Source: Eledone cirrhosa
Lineage: Eukaryota
Length of the DNA stretch: 64,000 bases
Reading direction: 5' to 3'
Assembly: GCA_964016885.1 (NCBI GenBank)
Contig: OZ024750.1
Span: 40,424,001-40,488,000, forward strand
A program made the translations under genes and the position numbers. The notes below the pieces were generated by a model. That model searched no databases. It saw only the letters and a list, made by a program, of their open reading frames with translations, and was not told where the DNA came from. Shown piece by piece: positions 41,882 through 54,664 of the stretch (the first letter of the stretch is position 1; the number at the start of each line of letters is the position of its first letter).

Positions 41882-41920
<39 letters not shown>

Positions 41921-41926
<6 letters not shown>

Positions 41927-42129
41927 TAAAATAACAGATTAAAGTTTAAGCAAAGAATCGCTGCTTTCACCCTTAACGAGAAGATCCCGTTAAGAGTGAA
42001 AGCAGCGATTCTTTACTTAAACTTTAATCTGTTATTTTAATAAATATTTGCTCTACGGTTCTTATATATCTGATATATATTTATCCTTATTGAGCCTTCT
42101 TGGATTTTAGTCTTCAAATTTATTATTAT

Positions 42130-42131
<2 letters not shown>
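41921..42131. mobile_element. Fold-back element, family F (related pieces at 10590-10740)
   Basis: atttattaaaataacagatt...cccttaacg / cgttaagagtgaaagc...ttaataaat plus an extension, between (TA)n tracts. Confidence 0.65.
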
Positions 42132-42193
<62 letters not shown>

Positions 42194-44772
42194 ATATTAA
42201 ATCAATGTAAACTATATTTATAAAACCATATTTACTCTATTATATATATTTCAAGGGTACGATGTGTAAAGTGAACTGCTGTCTCTCCCACATGTGGACA
42301 ACCATTTTAGTGTAAAGGGAATTGTTGTCTCTCCCACATGTGGACAGCCATTTTACTGATATTGTGTGTATGTAGCTTTCTATTAATCTATGTATTAATT
42401 GCATCGCCTTGTTTTAGTGGTTCGAGTATTGAGCCTGCAATCGGTAGGTTGTGAGTTCGATTCTCGGATCGTGTGATGTGTTGTGTCCTTGAGCAAGACA
42501 CTTTATTTCACGTTGCTCCAGTTTACTCAGCTGAGTTGTAACATCACTGATGCCAAGCTGTATCAGCCATTGCCTTTCCCCTGGGCAACATATATAGTGT
42601 ATATATATAATATATATATATATGTTGTGATGTCACTGATGCCAAGCTGTATCAGCCATTGCCATTCCCTTGGACAACATTGGTGGAGTGGAGAGGAGAG
42701 GCTGGTATCTATGGGTGGTCTTCCACAAATAACCTTGCCTGGACTTGTGCCTCAGAGGGGAACTTTCTTGATGCAAATCTCATGGTGATTCGTGACCGAA
42801 GGGAGGTCTTCACCCCATGTTGTGTTGTCTTTCTTCTATACCATCTACGATCTAAATATTTGTGTAAGAGATTATTATCATCTGTGAAGTCATTTGAAAA
42901 GCAACAATAAAATAAGAATTAAAATAAAAACATTTTTAAAATATAAGAAAGAAAAACTTCATTGGTGAGAGCATCGTGATTACAAAGTGATTTGTTGACA
43001 CTGTTGTAACCTTTTACAATAGAGATGTGTTTTAATGTTCGGATTTATAGCCTGAGAATTCGCCCTGACATTTAATCAACTGATGATAGATATTCATGTT
43101 TGCTTATTAACAGTTTCACCTCTAATGTAATGCCTAGAATTTAGCTGCTAAATTGACAATAACATGTGAAATAGGTACACAAGCTATTTACACACAATAG
43201 CATTAATTATGTTATTTTGATATTTAAAATACATTCAATGTAGTTCTGCAGAGGCGGAGGAACAGGGCGTGAGAGGGTGACCATGCCCCCCCCCCCCAAT
43301 AATTATATTTTATATTTTTCTCCCCAAACTACCAATACACACATCTATTTGTATATGCGCTACAGTTTATATACATGTTATGTTTATCACATATCGAAGT
43401 TATCACATATCTTGGTTGATATTTGATAATAACAGTTAAACTAATCACTATAACTAAATTGACCAATACAGAAATGATTCCACTGACCCTGTTATGGCTA
43501 AAGTATATAATCTTCGCTGTGAAAACATAAACAAACGTGAAAAGTATTCTATTATTACACAGAAGACAAAAATACATAGAATTCTTTGCTGATATAATAG
43601 TATATTGAATATCAAATGATATACATTATATATAAATATAGTAAAATATAAAATATATAATATTTATTTATACATAGTATATATTATATTATTTATTATA
43701 TATAAATTAACGATTTTATTTGTTATATATTATTTACAATTTGTGTGTAGGTAGGTCTCTCTGGAAATAGCGGTGGGGCGCTTACGGGTTCTCACCAACC
43801 AACCTCGGGTGAGAGTGGCTCCAGTCAGGTGGGAATTTAATGTCCTTTCTAGACTAGCATTAGAACTAAAATATGAGTATAGAAAGTGCTGGAATGTCCC
43901 TTATGATCTCCTAATTTTTATATTCTGGCTGTCAGTGTGGATTATTTCATTGAATTTTATTTTACTCTTTGGTATTTAAAGTACGTTCATCTTATAGTTT
44001 AAATTAAAATAAGAGATAGACAAAAACATATTGATATTTATAAAAACATATTCATAAAAAGCATGTTATCCGATGCTCTACTAATATTGCCAATCCACTT
44101 TGGTTCATTCGGTGCATTAATTTCACTGATAGTATTTCACAGTAAAAATAATAACAATTACTAGATATTAACATGCTACCCCTGTAAGCTCTCTTCTAAA
44201 CTGACACCACAAACCGTATCTTGATCATTGATTCACTAGATAATATATTGGTACACTATAGATCCGACCAATTGTTTGGCAAGCCACATTAATGGGATAA
44301 ACACCGCCAAACTAAAATAACACCGCTTTTACTAATTTTGAACTTACCGCGTGAAGTCAAATCTTTGAATCTAAAATTTAAATTTAAAATGCATGTTACA
44401 GACAGTGTAACACGAATTCAGCAAATTCAACCCTCTACACGGATTGTAGCCTTGAACTAGATTAATATTAGCATTAATGGTAAGTTAAGTATTTTTCTTT
44501 TATATATTATTTTAATGTTTACTGCTGCTTCTTAAATAACTTCCACTCCTGCATATTTAACTAACAACAAGTATTATTCTGTTTAAGGAAAATTAATAAT
44601 AACATTATGTGTAATAATGATCTAATGCTTTTCACTTCAACCTATAATTTTGCACGTTGCAACAATTCCATGTATAATCTGTTTTTATATTTAATTGCCT
44701 GCTTTACGCCCGGTGTTTAATGAGGTTTATTCATATTACTTTTTGAATTTGGTAAACTTTGCTCCTTCTCAC

Positions 44773-44851
44773 GTTTCCTGAAGATATGCAGTTAAATTAT
44801 TGTTTTTATATGCATGTGTTATTGTAACTGTATTGAAACGGACGTAGAAAT
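44773..44851 (+). ncRNA. Type-I hammerhead ribozyme motif
   Basis: gtttc-CTGAAGA-t-atgcagtta..taactgtat-t-GAAAC-ggac-GTA-gaaat. Confidence 0.78.
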
Positions 44852-45053
44852 TAAAGAATGGATTTATGTTGTTAGCCTTAGTCTTTTATTATTTTGAATA
44901 TAATAATGTTCTGCTACCTGAACTGTCCTCAGCAAGAACCTTAACCTTCGAAGACTTATTCGTCAGATTTACCCTCCTTATGAGTAGAGAATTTTACTGT
45001 GCATAGAGTTTCTCTCATCTTACCAAAGTAATAGGGAAATATTCCATTATAAT

Positions 45054-45113
<60 letters not shown>

Positions 45114-45228
45114 GATCCTGTCTCTATTTTGTACTCCCGAAGGAGGGCTCATAAGCCCAACACTTTCTAATATAAAGCATGAAACTAATAAGACTTTTTG
45201 TACCTCTGTCTGCTGCCTCCTCTATGCG

Positions 45229-45260
<32 letters not shown>

Positions 45261-45783
45261 CTTTCTTCATCATCTCACATATGTTTAATTATTCACCTTT
45301 AACCAAGGCAGATTTTATTTTGTTCACCTTTAAACATATTTTAAAGATATATATTTATCTGTTACACTGTATGACTGATAACATATCAATCAGACCAATT
45401 ATCAAAAATATGTACAATATTTGTGGTTCAATTATTTTGTCGTGTTAATTACTCAGAGAGGAAGAATGTGAAGTACATAAGCCATCGCAGGTGAGATCGA
45501 TGATGTTAGAGTTCAGTTTGAACTTCTGTTGGTGGACGTCTACAGGACGACCTGGGCATTGAGATAATACATGAGGGCGTAGATCTCGGGTCAAAAGTTT
45601 GGGGGAGGTTTTAGATAACAGTAACCACTAATATGTACTTATACTCTATCTCTACTTAATATTGTTGTTGTTATTTTAATTGTCTGCTATCTAGTTATTT
45701 TATTTTATCATTAATATTATTGTTCTGGTTTAATACCACACTTATATAAAAACCATGCCTTATGTATTTTCTTCATTTCACCC

Positions 45784-45887
45784 GCTCCGATGAAAAAGAC
45801 TGGTTATAAAGTATTGTAGATCGATTGGCGCAAAATCAGACGTATAGCGAACTCTAGACCTGCCAGATCTAAGAAACAATTGTCAGC
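45784..45887 (+). ncRNA. Hammerhead motif with U4C core change and long stem II
   Basis: gct-CCGATGA-aaaagactgg...ccagatctaa-GAAAC-aatt-GTC-agc. Confidence 0.6.
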
Positions 45888-45996
45888 AATGTGAATAAAG
45901 CTCATGTCAATCTTCTTTCTTGAATTATATATATATATACCGCACCCTCTCTGATATATATATATATACACATCACACCCTCTCAGAAAAAAATCA

Positions 45997-46138
45997 GTGT
46001 TGCGAGGAATGGAATTTATTGGACATATTACAATCGTTTCTCTGAGTCAGGTTTGATCACCACATCGATCGTGCCTCGAGCTGGTCGCCAGAGAAACGAT
46101 TGTAATATGTCCAATAAATTCTATTCGTCGTAACACTG
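45997..46138. mobile_element. Fold-back element with a hammerhead 3' half
   Basis: cagtgttgcga...tttctctg / cagaGAAACgattGTAatatg...gtaacactg. Confidence 0.55.
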
Positions 46139-46219
46139 CTTCTCTTTTTTTCTGTGATATCATACTCTGCTCTATGGGGGCATCGAGTGCATACGGACGC
46201 TTTAAGCATGCAACACCAA

Positions 46220-46288
<69 letters not shown>

Positions 46289-46376
46289 ACTGGAAGGTAA
46301 TATCCGTAGTTGTAGAGCACTCAGTCCATGGGACGAGTTAGGTAGAAGTGGTAACACAACAGTTAGTTCACCATAC

Positions 46377-46414
46377 CGAGAACAATTGTTTCACCTTAGC
46401 GGATCCTCAGCTCG
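46377..46414 (-). ncRNA. Minimal type-I hammerhead ribozyme motif (left arm)
   Basis: Reverse complement reads cgag-CTGAGGA-tccgctaaggt-GAAAC-aatt-GTT-ctcg. Confidence 0.8.
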
Positions 46415-46484
46415 TAATGGTCATGGTTATACGGAATAAGAAGGATACGGTTGTCTTTCCTATTCCGTATAATTATGGCCATTA

Positions 46485-46522
46485 CGAGCTGAGGATCCGC
46501 TAGGGTGAAACAATTGTTCTCG
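46485..46522 (+). ncRNA. Minimal type-I hammerhead ribozyme motif (right arm)
   Basis: cgag-CTGAGGA-tccgctagggt-GAAAC-aatt-GTT-ctcg. Palindrome aacaattgtt. Confidence 0.8.
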
Positions 46523-46550
46523 GTATGGTGAACTAACTGTTGTGTTACCA

Positions 46551-46598
<48 letters not shown>

Positions 46599-46862
46599 AG
46601 GGTGTGGTAAGATACCAGGTGGACCATAACCCACCAGAGTACTCGATACTTGGGGTAGTAGAGTGGGTAATATGAAAAGATTCAGGACCCCGACGGCTGA
46701 GTTCCGGCCGGTTCGACTGCGAGATCCGAACAGTTGTGATCTATCTGTCGAAATGGCCGGAGCTCAGCCATCGGGGTCCTGAATCTTTTCCTATATATAT
46801 ATATATATATTAGAAAAGGGAAGTAAGGTTCTATAAAAAAAACAGTGGATATAGAAAAAAGG

Positions 46863-47298
46863 TGAAGTTGTAAATAGCACGGAAAATATATTTTAGGGTC
46901 TGTTTTTCTTTTTTTTTTCCTTTTTTTTGTCAAAGTGAGATTATTGAAAAGATGAGAGGGACAATTGTTTAAAAAAAAAGTTGTATAATGTATATAAAGT
47001 ATTACCGGTTTTTAATTCCTATTAATTCTTTTTAATTGTAATACTCAACATTTGATAAGATGAATTTTAATAATACATCGAAACCGGTAATACTTTATAT
47101 ACTTTATATACATAATATACTTTATATACTTTATATACATAATATACTTTATATACTTTATAAAACTTTTTTTTTTTTAAATTGTCCCTCTTATTTTTTC
47201 AATAATGTCATCTCTTCAATAATGTCACTTTGACGAATCAAAGAAAGGAAAAAAATAAAACAGACCCTAAAATATATTTTCCGTGCTATTTCCAACTT
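46863..47298. mobile_element. Fold-back element with a degenerate hammerhead (47049-47093)
   Basis: Inverted arms. ttgataa-gatg..catc-GAAAC-cg-GTA-atac. Confidence 0.55.
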
Positions 47299-47312
47299 CT
47301 CTCTCTCTCTCT

Positions 47313-47727
47313 AAGTATGTACACGTACATACATATATGTATACAGACGTACGTATATATATATATACATATATACATACATGCACACATATATATATGT
47401 ACGTATGAATTCACTGAACATTTATTATAATGCTCGGTGTGTTTGTAAACAAACATCCCGTATTAAGCTGTAGTGTCTGAACAAACGAGCAACGATGGTT
47501 GCTAGACACTGCGGCGTAATACGGGATGTTTGTTTACAAACACACCGAGCTTTATAATAAATGTTCGGTGAATCCATACGTACATATATATATGTGTGCA
47601 TGTATGTATATATATATACATACTACTGTACGTCTGTATACATATATGTATGTACGTGTACATACTTATATTTAAGTAACAGCCGTACTAAGAGTGGGAA
47701 ATGAAATTTCGTTTCATTTGTTCCGTT
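47313..47727. mobile_element. Fold-back element, family E (also 11290-11468, 49143-49430)
   Basis: Shared terminal ccgtactaagagtg.gaaatgaaatttcgtttcattt. Inverted arms and (TA)n flanks. The 49143 copy is a near-perfect palindrome centred on cagtttagctaaactg. Confidence 0.65.
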
Positions 47728-48120
47728 TATATATATATATATATATATACACACACATACATGCATGCACTCAAACATAATCCACACACACACACCTATA
47801 GACAGAGACTGTCGTTCCTATGATATTTAGAAATCTTACGAACCTTGACCCTTCTTTAAAACCATTGTGCTACCGATTAAACTACACAGTACTCTTAAAC
47901 GAACCCACTCCTTAAAATGTTTTTAAGATGTGATATGTGTATATATACGCGCGCGTGTGTGTATGTATATATATATATATATATATATATGAAAAAGTTT
48001 TATTTAAATTGTTGGGATACAACAAGTAAATATTTTTATAACTGATATAAAGCACTCGACAAATATTTGGAGTAGATATACGATATTAATAAATGGAAAC
48101 TATATTTATAAAACCATATT

Positions 48121-48185
48121 TATTTCATTATATATATTTCAAGGATACCAAGTTACATTATGGTATGCCTTCATCAGACAAAATA
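48121..48185 (-). ncRNA. Minimal hammerhead motif (family of 5427-5491), left arm
   Basis: tattttgt-CTGATGA-aggcatacc..ggtatcctt-GAAA-tatata-TA-atgaaata. Confidence 0.75.
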
Positions 48186-48518
48186 CAATATATAACAGTT
48201 TTATAAATATGACATAACTTAAGGTTTTCGTTCTCTCCCCCCTCTCTCTATCTCTATATATCTCTGTCTGATGGTTTGATATCTCCCCGTTATTTTTCCT
48301 CTGTTTTCTTTTCTTTTTGTTTTCTTCTTTTTCTTTTTCTTTATATATCTCTCCCTTTCTTTTCTCCACGTTTCTCTCTCTCTCTCCATCTTTTTACTTA
48401 CTCTTAACACTATGACTTACTAAAGTAAACAAATCACTATCCTGATGGCCTCCAAAAACAACGGTCAATTTTTTAAAAGGGGTACGTCAATGTCTATTTA
48501 TAAAACTGTTATATATTG

Positions 48519-48583
48519 TATTTTGTCTGATGAAGGCATACCATAATGTAACTTGGTATCCTTGAAATATATATAATGAAATA
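48519..48583 (+). ncRNA. Minimal hammerhead motif, right arm
   Basis: Inverted copy of 48121-48185. Arms about 48080-48210 and 48495-48623. Confidence 0.75.
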
Positions 48584-48622
48584 AATATGGTTTTATAAAT
48601 ATAGTTTCCATTTATTAATATC

Positions 48623-48659
<37 letters not shown>

Positions 48660-48760
48660 TACGTAACTGCTTGTAACTGCTCGGGAAGTCGTAGGGGCGC
48701 CGTATTGACATACGGCGTTTCTTGGGCATTGAAAGCCTGCAGAGCCCATCCCTCTCCAGG

Positions 48761-48819
<59 letters not shown>

Positions 48820-49450
48820 ATTTTATGACGTGAGTCACTTTGATGCGATGTGAACGCCAAACAAACAAGTTATTTAGAATGTCAAAATATTGGAGTGCCA
48901 TTGCCATAAACAGCAACAACTAACTACAGCACTAAATCTTGAGGGGTGGCATAGGAATCTGTTTTGTCAAGCTGTCACGGAATCATGGTGACAGGTCATG
49001 TTTTTCAGTAATGCAACAATTATACACACACACCCACCCACACACGTGTGTGTATGTACGAACCTTGAATCACACAAACACACACACAGATACGCGCGCA
49101 CACATATACTGTATATTTGTATATATATATAGATATATATATATGTAAGTATGTATGTATACGTACATACATATATGTATACAGACGTACAGTAGCATGC
49201 ATATATATACATATATACATACAGGTACACATACATATATGTACGTATCAGTTTAGCTAAACTGATACGTACATATATGTATGTGTACCTGTATGTATAT
49301 ATGTATATATATGCATGCTACTGTACGTCTGTATACATATATGTATGTACGTATACATACATACTTACATTTAAGTAAGTGCCGTACTAAGAGTGAGAAA
49401 TGAAATTTCGTTTTCATTTTATTACAACTCATATATATATATATATATAT

Positions 49451-49484
<34 letters not shown>

Positions 49485-49640
49485 TGAGATTCTACAGGAC
49501 TAGAACTGTTTCATTCTTTAGAAATCATCAGATTTTTAAAGAATGAAACAGTTCTAGTCCTGTAGAATCTCATCTATATTAAAACTTTTATACTCTGCTA
49601 TGTATTGAGTACTTTACTGTGGTTACCTCCGGGTTGAATC

Positions 49641-51850
49641 GGGGTCGATAAAATAAAGTACCAGTAATGCACTGGGTAATTGCTGGCCTTGTGCCAAAAG
49701 TAGAAACAGTTATATATATCTATATGTATATATATTGAGAGAGAAAGAGAGAGACAGACAGTATATGTGTGAGTGTGTGCCTATCTGCCTATCTATCTCT
49801 CTCTTTCTCTCTCTCTCAATATATATATACATATATACATATAGATATATATAACTGTTTCTACTTTTGGCACAAGGCCAGCAATTATCCAGTGCATTAC
49901 TGGTACTTTATTTTATCGACCCCATAAGGATGAAAGGCAAAGTTAGCCTCGGCGGGATTTGAACTGATGCCATAAAGGGCCGTAACTCTATGCGCCAAAG
50001 CATGGCGTCCGACCCTCTACTGATACTGCCAATCCATATATATATAATGAAGGAAGTGTGGTAAGGAACCAGATGGACCATAACGCACCAGAGTACTCAA
50101 TACTTAGAGTAGTAGAGTGGGTAATAGGAAAATATTTGACCCCGACGGCAGAGCTCAAGCCGTTTCGACGGCTATTTCTTGACTGAAACTGAAATAGCCG
50201 TCGAAACGGCTTGAGCTCTGCCGTCGGGGTCAAACATTTTCATATATATATATATATATATATATACACAGTATAATTTGTTTTACTTCAGTCATGGAGA
50301 ATCGTATTTTTTTACTGTCATGTTATATTCAGCAACATATTTGACTGTTGTCACGACAACAAAGCCGACTCTAATAGACACTGTTTATGACATCAGGTCA
50401 GGTAACATGTAAATTCTTCTATATTTAGGTAGGTGAGGGGCTACATAGCATGTAGGTTAAATGCCTCCATAGAGAGATTTGTAACTTAACAAATATGCAT
50501 GTTGGTAAATAGTTAAATTGTCTGTTTGGTAATTCTGTAAAGGCTAGGTTTTTGTTGAGAAATTAATTTAGTGTATATGGTAGGGGATGAAAAGTGGCCT
50601 AGCTAGAGTGTGTGTTACCCGGAGCAACCTTTGAATTAGTCCCCCACCCTCCACCCCTCTTTTCCGGCATCCTCCGCCTATATACTCAAATATATACAAC
50701 AGCCTCAAAGTGCCGCTGCTATAGAAGTGTCTGGCTGGGGTGATGATGGTGGGGCTCCCCTCTTCCCCCTCCTAGCTACGTTACTGGGTATGAAGTAAAT
50801 CTCTTGGGTATAATTACATTTTCAAGAAGATACCTGACATCCATTCACCTTCGGTGAACATAGCCTTGTCCAGGTGTTGATATCATCAGACGATATCTAA
50901 CGTCCATTGGGTGTTTCAAATCTCAACTGAAACATCCTTTCACTGGTGGGTCAGCAGTGGCGGCCAAATTACTGCTCACGAAAGATAAATTAAAGTTTGA
51001 TTGTTGACCATCCCAGCTTTATTTCAAAATGTTTCCAGAACTATATCATTCTGTGCCCTTCCTTTTGTTAAGATTTAACTACTGTTTGAAGAAAGTCGAC
51101 CCAACATTATTTCAGCATCATATGTCTGGAACTGTATCAGTCTAATATGCCCTTCCTTTTGTTAAGATTTAACTACTGTTTGAACCAAATCAAGCGATCA
51201 TTATTTCATCATAATATACCCAGAACTGTATCATTCTGTGTCCTTCCTTTTGTTAAAATTTGGCTATTGATTGAAGCAAATCAAGCCATCATTATCGGTG
51301 AATTGGCAGTATCGGTAGAGGGCTGGACGCCATACTTTCTAGCATAGTTACATTCCTTTACGGTCTGAGTTCAAATCCCGCCTTTCATCCTTACGGGGTC
51401 GATAAAATAAAGTACCAGTAATGCCCTGGGTAATTTCTTGCCTTGTGCCGAAACAATTATTTCATCGTAATATACCCAGAACTTATCATCGTTGGACCGT
51501 CGGACAACTCGTGGTATTTCTTCTGGTTCTTCTAAGTTTAAATCCCGCAAATATCAACTTCGCCTTTTGTTCTTACGAGATCGATAAAATAAGTACTAAT
51601 CAAGTGGTGGAGTCAATTTAATCAACTAAACTCTGCATCCCAATTAGTGGTATTGGGACTATGTTAGAGATGGTTATATAAGGTAATAAAAATGGCGGTG
51701 GATTGATAGAATTGGTAGTGTGTCCGATGAAATTGCATTGCAGTATTTGTTCTTTTGCTTTCTGAGTTCAAATCTCGCCGAGGTCACTTTGCCATTTATT
51801 CTTCTGGGGTCGATAAAATACCAGTAAACTACTGGGGTTGATTTAATTAA
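49641..51850. mobile_element. SINE family 1 copies (49641-49711+, 49853-50035-, 51295-51458+, 51694-51850+)
   Basis: Consensus matches. Confidence 0.8.
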
Positions 51851-52269
51851 TATAAAGGGCAGTAAGTTAGAGGAGAGTTGGACTGAATGTTGTTCGATAA
51901 TTTGTTTCACTTTTTCACATTCTATTTTGAGCTGCCGCAGAGTCGGCTGTGCTATGTCTGGGACAAAAACCAAAAGGTGGAATGTTGAAGGCTGAATTAA
52001 TCGCAAGAATTGCTGGAGCTGATGTTGTAATATGCCAGCTCCAGCACTCGGTCATTAGAGGAAGGGAGATAGGTGTAAAACCCAAACTATATTTAATTCG
52101 ATGTTCGTAACGATGATCATAAATCTTGGGTAATGACCGATAGAATACGGTCGTGAATAGAAGCAGCCGAAATGGGGTTCATTTGGAGGGTCTTTGGAGT
52201 AATGTTACTCGATAGATTGTGTAGTTCGGTGGTCTGGGAGTTGCTTCAGGTAAAGCTGCTACTTCTCCG

Positions 52270-54328
52270 AATGGAGAGATCACAGCTGCGATACTATGGA
52301 CATGTGGTTAGGATAGAATGGAGAAATCACAGCTGCGATACTATGGACATGTGGTTAGGAATGGAGAAATCACAGCTGCGATACTATGGACATGTGGTTA
52401 GGAATGGAGAGATCACAGCTGCGATACTATGGACATGTGGTTAGGAATGGAGAAATCACAGCTGCGATACTATGGACATGTGGTTAGGAATGGAGAGATC
52501 ACAGCTGCGATACTATGGACATGTGGTTAGGAATGGAGAAATCACAGCTGCGATACTATGGACATGTGGTTAGGAATGGAGAGATCACAGCTGCGATACT
52601 ATAGACATGTGGTTAGGAATGGAGAGGTCACAGTTGCGATACTATGGACATGTGGTTAGGATAGAATGGAGAGATCACAGCTGCGATACTATGGACATTT
52701 GGTTAGGATAGAATGGAGAGATCACAGCTGCGATACTATGGACATGTGGTTAGGATAGAATGGAGAAATCACAGCTGCGATACTATGGATATGTGGTTAG
52801 GAATGGAGAAATCACAGCTGCGATACTATGGACATGTGGTTAGGAATGGAGAGATCACAGCTGCGATACTATGGACATGTGGTTAGGAATGGAGAGATCA
52901 CAGCTGCGATACTATAGACATGTGGTTAGGAATGGAGAGATCACAGCTGCGATACTATGGACATGTGGTTAGGAATGGAGAGATCACAGCTGCGATACTA
53001 TGGACATGTGGATAGGAATGGAGAGATTACAGTTGCGATACTATGGACATGTGGTTAGGATAGAATGGAGAGATCACTGCTGCGATACTATGGACATGTG
53101 GTTAGGAATGGAGAGATTACAGTTGCGATACTATGGACATGTGGTTAGGAATGGAGAGATTACAGTTGCGATACTATGGACATGTGGTTAGGAATGGAGA
53201 GATCACAGTTGCGATACTATGGACATGTGGTTAGGATAGAATGGAGAGATCACTGCTGCGATACTATGGACATGTGGTTAGGAATGGAGAGATTACACCT
53301 GAGATACTATGGACATGTGGTTAGGAATGGAGAGATCACAGCTGCGATACTATGGACATGTGGTTAGGAATGGAGACATCACAGCTGCGATACTATGGAC
53401 ATGTGGTTAGGAATGGAGAGGTCACAGTTGCGATACTATGGACATGTGGTTAGGAATGGAGACATCACAGTTGCGATACTATGGACATGTGGTTAGGAAT
53501 GGAGAGATCACAGCTGCGATACTATGGACATGTGGTTAGGAATGGAGACATCACAGCTGCGATACTATGGACATGTGGTTAGGAATGGAGAGGTCACAGT
53601 TGCGATACTATGGACATGTGGTTAGGAATGGAGACATCACAGTTGCGATACTATGGACATGTGGTTAGGAATGGAGAGATCACAGCTGCGATACTATGGA
53701 CATGTGGTTAGGAATGGAGACATCACAGCTGCGATACTATGGACATGTGGTTAGGAATGGAGACATCACAGTTGCGATACTATGGACATGTGGTTAGGAT
53801 AGAATGGAGAGATCACAGTTGCGATACTATGGACATGTGGTTAGGAATGGAGAGATCACAGCTGCGATACTATGGACATGTGGTTAGGATAGAATGGAGA
53901 GATCACTGCTGCGATACTATGGACATGTGGTTAGGATAGAATGGAGAAATCACAGCTGCGATACTATGGACATGTGGTTAGGAATGGAGATATCACAGCT
54001 GCGATACTATGGACATGTGGTTAGGAATGGAGACATCACAGCTGCGATACTATGGACATGTGGTTAGGAATGGAGACATCACAGCTGCGATACTATGGAC
54101 ATGTGGTTAGGAATGGAGACATCACAGTTGCGATACTATGGACATGTGGTTAGGAATGGAGACATCACAGTTGCGATACTATGGACATGTGGTTAGGAAT
54201 GGAGAGATCACAGCTGCGATACTATGGACATGTGGTTAGGAATGGAGAGATCACAGCTGCGATACTATGGACATGTGGATAGGAATGGAGAGATCACAGC
54301 TGCGATACTATGGACATGTGGTTAGGAA
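52270..54328. repeat. 43/47-bp minisatellite (about 47 units) amplified from an RTE RT fragment
   Basis: Unit atggagagatcacagctgcgatactatggacatgtggttagga encodes MERSQLRYYGHVVR and continues the upstream RTE fragment. Confidence 0.93.
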
Positions 54329-54664
54329 AGAATGCTACGTGGTATTTAGTTACAGTCCTTTATATTCTGAGTTCAAATCCCATCGAATTCAACTTTGCCT
54401 TTTATCCTTTTAGGGGTCGATAGAATAAAGTACCGTCTTACTGGGATCGAATTTATCGACCTTTCCCTTCCACTGAATTACTGGCCTTGTGCCTAAATGA
54501 GAAAATATTGTTTAGTTCGGGAAGGAACAAAGGGATAATGTCTATCAATCTTCTCGGGGCTTCCGAGACTTATGGGATGGAGAAAAGTACCCCTAAACCA
54601 GAGACCTGGGTCTAATGTTTGTAGTTGAGTAAGCCCTGATGAAGGTATGCAATTGTCTTGTGGT

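Larger units (their letters stand above)
46347..46552. mobile_element. Penelope-like fold-back remnant, family D (truncated copy 59058-59123)
   Basis: About 90-bp inverted arms, each with a hammerhead. (TA)n at the right end. Confidence 0.78.

Noticed and set aside
54634-54660. Isolated CTGATGA/CTGACGA motifs (also 23913, 43080)
   Set aside because: No correctly placed GAAA, stem II or stem I.
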